A stretch of DNA of 19,360 bases. Origin: Coleofasciculus sp. B1-GNL1-01. Lineage in GTDB: Bacteria > Cyanobacteriota > Cyanobacteriia > Cyanobacteriales > Coleofasciculaceae. A program made the position numbers and the translations under genes. Positions within the stretch are counted from its first letter, which is position 1. Each line of letters starts with the position of its first letter. The notes below the pieces were generated by a model that searched no databases, had not been told where the DNA came from, and saw only the letters and a list, made by a program, of their open reading frames with translations. Shown one piece after another: positions 8,277 through 15,527 of this stretch. The DNA lies in the NCBI GenBank assembly GCA_040220235.1, contig JAVJTO010000124.1. One strand, 5' to 3'.

Positions 8277-8393
8277 GTTGGTGGAAAAGCCTCAAACCCT
8301 TACAAATGACAAATGACAAATGACAAATGACGTAGCTTGCTTCTCAAGGGCAGCGAGTTCCCCACCGTTAACTTTAATTGTCCCCACCTACTT
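8270..8393. mobile_element. MITE-like element with AAGTAGGT(T/G)GG inverted ends containing an STRR2 array
   Basis: Left end TAAGTAGGTTGG (8270-8281); right end reverse complement AAGTAGGTGGGG (ending 8393); internal (TGACAAA)x3.5 at 8307-8331. Lies between two convergent stop codons. Confidence 0.55.
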
Positions 8394-8394
8394 T

Positions 8395-8703
8395 TTAATT
8401 ATCTTTAGAAATATAGTGCAATTTCATGTTTTGCTTTGTTGAAAATAACCAAAGACCAAAACTCATAAAAATACCTAAGCATAAAGTAAAAAACAAAGCA
8501 ACAAATACTCCAATCAAAGGAGAAACAAGTAGACCCGAAATACCTGTTACATGTTCGTCATTCCAGGTGACAGTAGAGAGTCCGAATAGGCTCAATAATC
8601 CCATCAGAATTGAAAAGGGTACTATGGAAAATAGCAGACCGAATGCTACGAGCTTAAAAGTTGTACCAATAGTCAATCTTTTTATCTCAAGTTGATGTTT
8701 CAT
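8395..8703 (-). CDS. Hypothetical small membrane protein (2 hydrophobic segments)
   Basis: 102 aa with two long hydrophobic stretches (FKLVAFGLLFSIVPFSILMGLLSLFG; LLVSPLIGVFVALFFTLCLGIFMSFGLWLF). Visibly AT-rich. Confidence 0.7.
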   Translation of the reverse strand: MKHQLEIKRLTIGTTFKLVAFGLLFSIVPFSILMGLLSLFGLSTVTWNDEHVTGISGLLVSPLIGVFVALFFTLCLGIFMSFGLWLFSTKQNMKLHYISKDN

Positions 8704-8947
8704 TATTCCACGACAAAGCTGAACATCTATATACTAAAAACAGATTGCAATTTAAGTCTATTAAAAGCCGACTTTTTCCTACATTCCCTACTCTGAACTT
8801 CTGTCAACCTGACATTGACAGCCACTCAACCTGATTTTTTCTGACTTTCTCTTCAGCCAAGACCATAACTTTTCCTATTGCACGGCTCAATAACCGGGTA
8901 GAGACTGACAAGTGAAGTAATTTTTCCCCTAATCAACCGCTCAGACA

Positions 8948-8977
8948 GCGAAGCGTTCCCCATGGGATAGCGATCGC
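8948..8977. repeat. Small dispersed repeat (SDR-like, 22 nt) at a HIP1 site
   Basis: GCG-[AAGCGTTCCCCATGGGATAGCG]-ATCGC. Removing the 22 nt leaves GCGATCGC; internal mini-hairpin TCCC-cat-GGGA. Confidence 0.5.
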
Positions 8978-9046
8978 ATCCCACAACCCAAAACCTGAAT
9001 GAATCCCTGGAGGGGAATGGGTTTTAGTTACGGCTTTTTCCAGGTG

Positions 9047-9136
9047 ATATCACGTCCGGTCAAACACCCGTCTTCAAAACGCCTGAACCCGTGGTTTGAC
9101 TGCATGGCAATATGGGTAATCCTCCAGACATGATAT
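9047..9136. repeat. 90-bp element with imperfect inverted ends ATATCA(C/T)GTC(C/T)GG-N6-ACCC
   Basis: Left ATATCACGTCCGGTCAAACACCC; reverse complement of right ATATCATGTCTGGAGGATTACCC. Confidence 0.55.
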
Positions 9137-9185
9137 GACTCATTCTATGAAGCCTGCCAATTGACTCCCAACTGGAGACAGAATT

Positions 9186-11210
9186 ATGACTTCCCAAAAC
9201 CTGTTAAAGCTTGCCAAGCTTGGTGATGCTAAAGCAATTGCGGCAATGATCAACCGCTCACTACGAGACAAGCACATCATCGCCAAGGTTAATCGTCAGG
9301 AAGATTGTTTGCAAGTCTTGCTGGAATCAGCGCAAGTTCCCAGCCAAAAGGCGATGATCCCGTTTATTCGTCAGGGTTTAACGAAGCTGGGCGTTGAGAC
9401 GATTACAACAGTACAGGTTTATGGTCGTCAGACTGGACAAAAGTCCCCAGCTTGGAATCAAAGCTTTGGATTGGAATTCTCACCCACCCAAGCCGCAGAT
9501 GTTGCGGCTGAAAATAATACATCTTCTGATGTTGAATCCCCCGTCTCAGAACCCCCAGCGGGTTCACATTTTACCAAAGTTCCTCGGCACACTACGACTG
9601 GAGGAGATAAATCCTCAAAGAATCGACCAACAAATACCTATACCCCACACCGTAATACTCAGGAAAGCCATTCTAAACCTCACAAACCCGTGAGTGGGGG
9701 TAATGCCGCCCGCGCGGGTGTGCGCTTGTCTCGCGACCATTTTAATAGAGCCTTTTTGACTCGAACTAGAACTATATTGATACTAACGGTTCTGAGTATA
9801 CTAGGATTAAGTGTTATTTTTATTGCTCTCAAATTTCCAAACTCTTTGTCTGTATCATGGCGCTTTACGCAAACCATTAATACCTCAAAAACTGAAGCAA
9901 AAAGCATGTTTGATAAAGGCTTAAAACAATTACAATTAAGTCAGTATCGGGCAGCTATTGAGTCTTTAGAAAATTCCTTATTTATTTATAAAGAGATCGG
10001 CGACAGGCTAGGTGAAGCAAATTCACTCACAAATTTAGGAGAGGCTTATACTAATCTCTATCAACATGAAAAAGCGATTGAATTTTATCAACAGGCTTTA
10101 CCTATCTTTCAGCAAATTGGTGATAGACAAGGTGTGGCTGGTTCTCTAATGAATTTGGGAGTAGCTTACAGGAAACTCTACCAACACGAAAAAGCGATTG
10201 AATTTTATCAACAGGCTTTACCTATCTTTCAGCAAATTGGCGATAGACAGGGTGAAGCCAATTCTCTCATGAATTTGGGAAATGCTTACGATGATATCTC
10301 CCAACACGAAAAAGCGATTGAATTTTATCAACAGTCTTTATCTATCTTTCAGCAAATTGGTAATAGACAAGGTGAAGCCAATTCTCTCATGAATTTGGGA
10401 AATGCTTACGATGATATTTCCCAATACAACAAAGCGATTGAACTTTATCAACAGTCTTTATCTATCTTTCAGCAAATTGGCGATAGACAAGGTGAAGCCA
10501 ATTCTCTCATGAATTTGGGAGTGGTTTCCCATAACCTATCTCAATACAACAAAGCGATTGAACTTTATCAACAGTCTTTACCTATCTTTCAGCAAATTGG
10601 CGATAGACGAGGTGAAGCCAATTCTCTAATGAATTTGGGGGCAACTTATGATAACCTATCTCAATACAACAAAGCGATTGAATTTTATCAGCAGGCTTTG
10701 TCTATTTTTAAAGAAATTGACGATAAATCAAGTATCGCTGATTCTCTAATGAATTTGGGAAATGCTTATGATAACCTATCTCAATACGAGAAAGCGATTG
10801 AATTTTATCAGCAGGCTTTGCCGACTTTCCAGGAAATTGGCGATAGACGAGGTGTTGCTGGTTCTCTAATGAATTTGGGAGTGGCTTACGATAACCTATC
10901 TCAATACGAGAAAGCGATTGAATTTTATCAACGGTCTTTATCTATCTTTCAGGAAATTGGTGATAGACAAAGTGAAGCTTTTACTCTCAACAATTTGGGA
11001 GTTGCTTACAGGAACCTCTCCCAATACGAGAAAGCGATTAATTTTTACCAGCAGGCTTTGCCGATTTTTCAGGAAATTAGTTATAGACGAGGTGAAGCTC
11101 TTGCTCTCAACAATTTAGGATTCGTTTACCGCGCCCTGGGACAAGAACAGAAAGCCAGGAAGTTTTTTGAGCAGTCTGAAGCTATTCAACAAGAAATAGG
11201 GATAGATTAG
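9186..11210 (+). CDS. Membrane-anchored tetratricopeptide repeat protein
   Basis: Cyanobacterial-type N-terminal domain (LAKLGDAKAIAAMINRSL...VYGRQTG...PAW), low-complexity linker, one TM helix (TILILTVLSILGLSVIFIAL), then ten 40-aa TPR units (GEANSLMNLG.AY....Q..KAIEFYQQ.L.IFQQIGDR). GGAG RBS. Confidence 0.9.
   Translation: MTSQNLLKLAKLGDAKAIAAMINRSLRDKHIIAKVNRQEDCLQVLLESAQVPSQKAMIPFIRQGLTKLGVETITTVQVYGRQTGQKSPAWNQSFGLEFSPTQAADVAAENNTSSDVESPVSEPPAGSHFTKVPRHTTTGGDKSSKNRPTNTYTPHRNTQESHSKPHKPVSGGNAARAGVRLSRDHFNRAFLTRTRTILILTVLSILGLSVIFIALKFPNSLSVSWRFTQTINTSKTEAKSMFDKGLKQLQLSQYRAAIESLENSLFIYKEIGDRLGEANSLTNLGEAYTNLYQHEKAIEFYQQALPIFQQIGDRQGVAGSLMNLGVAYRKLYQHEKAIEFYQQALPIFQQIGDRQGEANSLMNLGNAYDDISQHEKAIEFYQQSLSIFQQIGNRQGEANSLMNLGNAYDDISQYNKAIELYQQSLSIFQQIGDRQGEANSLMNLGVVSHNLSQYNKAIELYQQSLPIFQQIGDRRGEANSLMNLGATYDNLSQYNKAIEFYQQALSIFKEIDDKSSIADSLMNLGNAYDNLSQYEKAIEFYQQALPTFQEIGDRRGVAGSLMNLGVAYDNLSQYEKAIEFYQRSLSIFQEIGDRQSEAFTLNNLGVAYRNLSQYEKAINFYQQALPIFQEISYRRGEALALNNLGFVYRALGQEQKARKFFEQSEAIQQEIGID
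9991..11200 (+). repeat. Ten 120-bp tandem coding repeats (TPR units)
   Basis: 120-nt periodicity is directly visible, e.g. AAAGCGATTGAA(T/C)TTTATCA recurring from 10071 at 120-nt steps. Confidence 0.9.
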
Positions 11211-11342
11211 GATAAAGAATAGAACAATTCTTTCCCCTCACCACAATCCCCCACAGATAAATCAATCCCAGACTAACTTCTAAACCAATCACCCCCCACA
11301 GCAACCAGACGCCAGAGGGGTGAGTCGTAGGAGATTTAATTC

Positions 11343-13283
11343 TCATGGATGAAAATAGGAATAAATATCTTCGGCTAAACGCGACCCAATTCCCGGAACT
11401 TCAGCAAGCTGTTGTACCGATGCTTCTCGAATATAATCAATAGAGCGAAAATGTGCCAATAGCTGTTTTTGACGGGCAAATCCTAATCCAGGAATCTCAT
11501 CTAAACGAGAACGGCGTAATGTATTACTGCGTTGCTGGCGATGGAAACTTACGGCGAAACGATGCGCCTCATCACGTAAACGCCGTAATAATTGCACCCC
11601 TGGTTGTTCAGCGTCGGTGGGGAGGGGAAAGGATTCACCGGGGAGAAAAATTTCCTCCCGTTGCTTGGCTAAACTCACCACTCGGACTTTATCTAACAGG
11701 TTCATATCCTGTAATACTGCAACCACGGCGGAGAGTTGTCCCTTCCCGCCATCAATCATAATTAAATCCGGGAAATCATTAGAGATTCCCTGTTCTCTGG
11801 AAAGGGCGGGTTTAGTTAGGTTATCGGTTTGTGGCGAAATGGTATCGGTCAAACCCGCCCCTACGTCTTTATATTTGCGGAAACGGCGACGAATGACTTC
11901 TGCTAAACTGGCAAAATCATCGGAATGACCAATCGTTACTGTCGGATTTTTTATCTTATAGTGACGATAATGTTGCTTCGCTGGCGTCCCATTAATAAAT
12001 ACCACCTGAGACGCTACCGGATTCGCCCCCTGAATGTGAGAAATATCATACCCTTCAATCCGATGGGGTAAATCCGGTAAATCCAAAATTGCGGCTAAAT
12101 CCTGCATCGCTTGGGTATTGCGGTCAGCGAATTTCTGCGTCCGTTCCAACTCATACTTCGCATTCCGTTCCACCATTTCAATTAATTCGGCTTTGGTTTG
12201 GCGTTGGGGAACGAAAATAGTAACTTTGCGCCCTTTCTGTTCACTTAACCATTCTGCCAATAACTCGGTATCGGTTAACTCATGCTGGACTAAAATTTCA
12301 CTGGGAATTTCTACCGCGTCAACGGTTTGATAATGGTCTTCTAATACTCGTTGTAAAATTGCCCCTAGTTCAATTCCCCCTGATGGAACTTCAGCGAAAA
12401 ATCCCAATCGCCCGACTAATCGACCCGCACGAATTTGGAATAATTGAATACAAGCCTGATTAGCATCCGCTGCCAGGGCGATCGCATCCCGTGATACGGT
12501 ATCATCAGGTAGGGCAACTTTTTGGTCAGCACTCAAAGCGTTTAACCCTTTAATCTGATCCCGAATTTTCGCGGCTAACTCAAAGTTCAGCGATTCCGCC
12601 GCTTGTTCCATTGTTTGGGTGAGAATATCAATCAGTTCCCCCGTTCGCCCCTGAAACACCATTGCCATTTTTTGCACCATCTGGCGATACTCCTGCGGTG
12701 AAACAAGCTGTTGACAAACGCCAGGACAACGCCCAATATCATAGTTAAGACAAGGGCGGTCTTTAAACAGGGGACGAGGGCGCTGGCGTTGGGGGAAAAT
12801 CTGCTTAAGTAGGTGTAATGTACTTCGCAGCAACCCGACATCCACATAAGGTCCATAATAGCGATCTTTTTCCTTTCTCAGGTTGCGCTTACGGGTAATA
12901 AAGATACGCGGATAGTCTTCTGACCAAGTAATACAAATATAGGGATATTTCTTATCATCTTTGAGCAGTACATTAAAATACGGCTGATGCTGCTTGACTA
13001 AATTCGCTTCTAATGCTAGTGCTTCGGCTTCAGTATCGGTCACAATAAACTCAATCTCCGCCACCTGACGCACCATCATGGCGATACGGGGACTCAGGGG
13101 TTGGGTGTTACGGAAATAGGAACGAACGCGCGATCGCAGCTTCTTTGATTTACCAATATAGAGGATGCGATCGCTCCCGTCACGCATTAGATAAACCCCA
13201 GGTTCAGCCGGGATTTCTTTCAGGCGACGTTCTAGGCGATCGGGATTATTGACTAGAGGGGTTACTTTAGCCGAGGATATCAC
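11343..13283 (-). CDS. uvrC: Excinuclease ABC subunit C
   Basis: GIY-YIG (PGVYLM...[16 protein letters not shown]), [29 protein letters not shown] ([11 protein letters not shown]), [30 protein letters not shown], two HhH motifs. Confidence 0.98.
   Translation of the reverse strand: MISSAKVTPLVNNPDRLERRLKEIPAEPGVYLMRDGSDRILYIGKSKKLRSRVRSYFRNTQPLSPRIAMMVRQVAEIEFIVTDTEAEALALEANLVKQHQPYFNVLLKDDKKYPYICITWSEDYPRIFITRKRNLRKEKDRYYGPYVDVGLLRSTLHLLKQIFPQRQRPRPLFKDRPCLNYDIGRCPGVCQQLVSPQEYRQMVQKMAMVFQGRTGELIDILTQTMEQAAESLNFELAAKIRDQIKGLNALSADQKVALPDDTVSRDAIALAADANQACIQLFQIRAGRLVGRLGFFAEVPSGGIELGAILQRVLEDHYQTVDAVEIPSEILVQHELTDTELLAEWLSEQKGRKVTIFVPQRQTKAELIEMVERNAKYELERTQKFADRNTQAMQDLAAILDLPDLPHRIEGYDISHIQGANPVASQVVFINGTPAKQHYRHYKIKNPTVTIGHSDDFASLAEVIRRRFRKYKDVGAGLTDTISPQTDNLTKPALSREQGISNDFPDLIMIDGGKGQLSAVVAVLQDMNLLDKVRVVSLAKQREEIFLPGESFPLPTDAEQPGVQLLRRLRDEAHRFAVSFHRQQRSNTLRRSRLDEIPGLGFARQKQLLAHFRSIDYIREASVQQLAEVPGIGSRLAEDIYSYFHP
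11804..11864 (-). repeat. GTAG-type REP-like element inside uvrC
   Basis: GGGCGGGTTT (11804-11813) ... AAACCCGCCC (11851-11860) + CTAC; same arms as the intergenic copy at 19119-19181. Confidence 0.85.
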
Positions 13284-13628
13284 AGATACTGCTCATCTCA
13301 CTTACTCATCTTATCTTTATTTTAATTCATCAGCCATGGAACATTTAATCGGGACGAGAGGTCAAAGGGAAAGTCGGACAATTCGAGATGATCCACACAA
13401 TAAATGGGCGGTTATTGTTGTCATAGCATCCCTAATTTAAGGAATTCTTGGAAAACCCAGGCTTGCGCCAAAATCTCAGAAAATTTTGCTACAATAACTT
13501 GACCAAAACAACGTAAATGTGAGACAAATCCAAAGCATTATCCGACCAAGAACGCTAACCCGCTCCAATGATTAGCTAACGAGCTTAATCTCTCAACCAT
13601 GTTGTCATAACTAACAGGAGTTTTAATT

Positions 13629-14450
13629 ATGAAAAAAATACTCATGATTGCCGCCAGCCTATTTATCATATCAGCAGAATCGGCTCAAGCTTGTAGTTGT
13701 ATGCGAGCTACCCCTGAGCAACATTTTGAATCGGCTAATGCCGTCTTTTCGGGTCGAGTCGTTAATGTGATCACTCCCCGCCGAAATACCCAACGTCCCC
13801 AATTTTCGTTTCCGCAAAAACGAGTCATGTTTGAAGTGTCCGACGTTTGGAAAGGACAAGAAAGACGCCGATTAATGGTGATGACATCCGATTCCAGTGC
13901 GAGTTGCGGTTTCAATTTTACTGAAGGAGAATCTTACCTCGTCTATGCCTCACGTTCAGATAATCGCTTAACCACATCCCTGTGTAGTGGCACCAAACTA
14001 TTAAGCCAAGCCCAGGAGGATTTAAGGATGTTAGAAGACCCAGAAACCCCATCCAATACTATTCCGTTTAACACCTTAGAAAAAAGCTGGAATAGTGGAA
14101 TAGCAGAACCCTTTGAGACAATAATTCGCGATCAAGCGGCATGGGAGCAATTTTGGATGAATCTTCACTCAATTGATATACCAACACCCTCATTACCTGA
14201 GATTGACTTTACTGAAAATATGGTGATTGGAGTTGGACTAGGCAATAAACCCAGTGGTGGCTATAGTGTTGAAATTAAAGACATTATTATCAAGGATGAT
14301 AAACTGGTGATTAACGCTGTAGAACAGCAACCTGGACAGAACTGTGGCACAACAATGGCAATTACTCAACCTTATCACTTAGTTACGGTAGAACAATCAG
14401 ATTTGCCCGTTCAATTTAACCGTCAAACTGAAATCGTGAACTGTGAGTAA
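13629..14450 (+). CDS. Secreted protein: TIMP/NTR-like N-domain fused to PrcB C-terminal-like domain
   Basis: Signal peptide ending AQA|CSC; VFSGRV, VWKG, ASCGFNF, YLVYA, LC motifs; C-terminal IDF...G.KPSGGYSVEI...TMAITQPYHLV. AGGAG RBS at 13616-13620. Confidence 0.78.
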   Translation: MKKILMIAASLFIISAESAQACSCMRATPEQHFESANAVFSGRVVNVITPRRNTQRPQFSFPQKRVMFEVSDVWKGQERRRLMVMTSDSSASCGFNFTEGESYLVYASRSDNRLTTSLCSGTKLLSQAQEDLRMLEDPETPSNTIPFNTLEKSWNSGIAEPFETIIRDQAAWEQFWMNLHSIDIPTPSLPEIDFTENMVIGVGLGNKPSGGYSVEIKDIIIKDDKLVINAVEQQPGQNCGTTMAITQPYHLVTVEQSDLPVQFNRQTEIVNCE

Positions 14451-14459
14451 CGTCAAGAA

Positions 14460-14494
14460 AGGGAATAGGGAACAGGGAATAGAGAACAGGGAAC
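14460..14494 (+). repeat. Heptamer tandem repeat AG(G/A)GAA(C/T) x5
   Basis: AGGGAAT AGGGAAC AGGGAAT AGAGAAC AGGGAAC. Confidence 0.8.
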
Positions 14495-14499
14495 GGTTT

Positions 14500-14580
14500 G
14501 GGTCTGGTGGGTTACGGCGGATAGAAGATTTAACGGTTATTTCCAAAATGGAAAATCCGCCTAACCCACCCTACAATTAC
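14500..14580 (-). repeat. 81-bp REP-like element, copy 1
   Basis: GGTGGGTTA(c)GGCGGAT ... ATCCGCCTAACCCACC + CTAC (GTAG on the minus strand). 72/81 identical to 14792-14872. Confidence 0.8.
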
Positions 14581-14709
14581 TGTGAATAACGTCAAGAAAG
14601 GAAACAGAAAACAGGGAACAGTTTTTCCATGACTTAAACCCCATTACTCTGCTGTATCAGTCAAAAAGTGTATTCGGTTTGCTCATATCCAGGTTTTTTC
14701 TGACGAAAA

Positions 14710-14749
14710 CTCTGCGTCCCTCTGCGCTTACCTCTGCGCCCCTCTGCGT
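14710..14749 (+). repeat. CTCTGCG short tandem repeat x4
   Basis: CTCTGCGtccCTCTGCGcttacCTCTGCGcccCTCTGCG. Confidence 0.7.
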
Positions 14750-14791
14750 TGAAAAAATTCCATGCTACCGGATTTAATGTCAGACAGAGAA

Positions 14792-14872
14792 GGGTCTGGT
14801 GGGTTAGGGCGGATAGAACATTTAACGGTTATTTCTCTAATTGAATATCCGCATAATCCACCCTACAATTAC
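14792..14872 (-). repeat. 81-bp REP-like element, copy 2
   Basis: Direct repeat of 14500-14580 with 9 mismatches; the stem is more degraded. Confidence 0.8.
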
Positions 14873-14918
14873 AATAAAGTAATTAGGCTTGATCAAAGCG
14901 TTTTCTATCCTGTCTTCT

Positions 14919-15491
14919 ATGAATACCCCAGCCCACATCATTATTAATATGCTATGCCTAGGACGCCAGGATACTTCCAGTATTCTTACTCCAGTCATCA
15001 TCGGTGCATTACTCCCTGATGCCCCGATGTTTGTGTTTTACTTTGTGGAAAAAGTGATTAAGGGGACACCTGAAATTAAAATTTGGCGAGAAGCGTATCA
15101 CCAAGAAAACTGGCAAAATTTTATTGATATTTTCAATTCTATTCCCCTCATTATCTTTGGCTTAGTTCTTACAGGCTGGTTGGGTTCCCAGATTGGAATT
15201 GTCTTTTTCTCCAGCATGTTTCTACATATCGTTGGTGATTTTCCGCTGCATCACAATGATGCCCATCGGCATTTTTTCCCGTTTTCCAATTGGCGGTTCC
15301 AGAGTCCGGTTTCGTATTGGGACCCGAATCATTATGGCACTATTGTCACTATTATGGAAATTCTCGCTGTTATTATAAGCTGTGTGGTGCTAGTCCAAAG
15401 TTATCAATCGATCACAGGTCGAATGAGTGTCGGGCTAATTGGGGTGTCTTATTTAGCCTATTTTATCTATGTTTTTACGGTTTGGGTTTAG
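14919..15491 (+). CDS. Integral membrane protein, putative metal-dependent hydrolase (YdjM-like)
   Basis: MNTPAH, GALLPD, LHIVGDFPLHHNDAHRHFFP, SYWDP motifs with several TM helices. ATG 14919 is preferred over TTG 14889. Confidence 0.72.
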   Translation: MNTPAHIIINMLCLGRQDTSSILTPVIIGALLPDAPMFVFYFVEKVIKGTPEIKIWREAYHQENWQNFIDIFNSIPLIIFGLVLTGWLGSQIGIVFFSSMFLHIVGDFPLHHNDAHRHFFPFSNWRFQSPVSYWDPNHYGTIVTIMEILAVIISCVVLVQSYQSITGRMSVGLIGVSYLAYFIYVFTVWV

Positions 15492-15527
15492 AGTTGATAA
15501 TCAGCATTACTCTTCTACGCTTCTCAT

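Noticed and set aside
8801..8821. CTGTCAA-N7-TTGACAG dyad
   Set aside because: Could be an operator or -35 element, but it is a single instance with no assignable regulator.
9991..11200. TPR repeats as a CRISPR array or DGR template/variable pair
   Set aside because: Contiguous in-frame 120-bp units with no unique spacers; differences between the units compared are not adenine-specific; no reverse transcriptase or cas gene.
11289..11323. TCACCCC...GGGGTGA dyad between the convergent TPR and uvrC genes as an intrinsic terminator
   Set aside because: 7-bp stem with a ~21-nt loop and no clear U-tract; too weak to call.
13284..13628. LexA box upstream of uvrC
   Set aside because: No match to the cyanobacterial RGTAC-N3-DGTWC consensus was seen.
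14762..14947. 61-aa ORF across REP copy 2
   Set aside because: Derived from repeat sequence and overlaps the hydrolase start in another frame.
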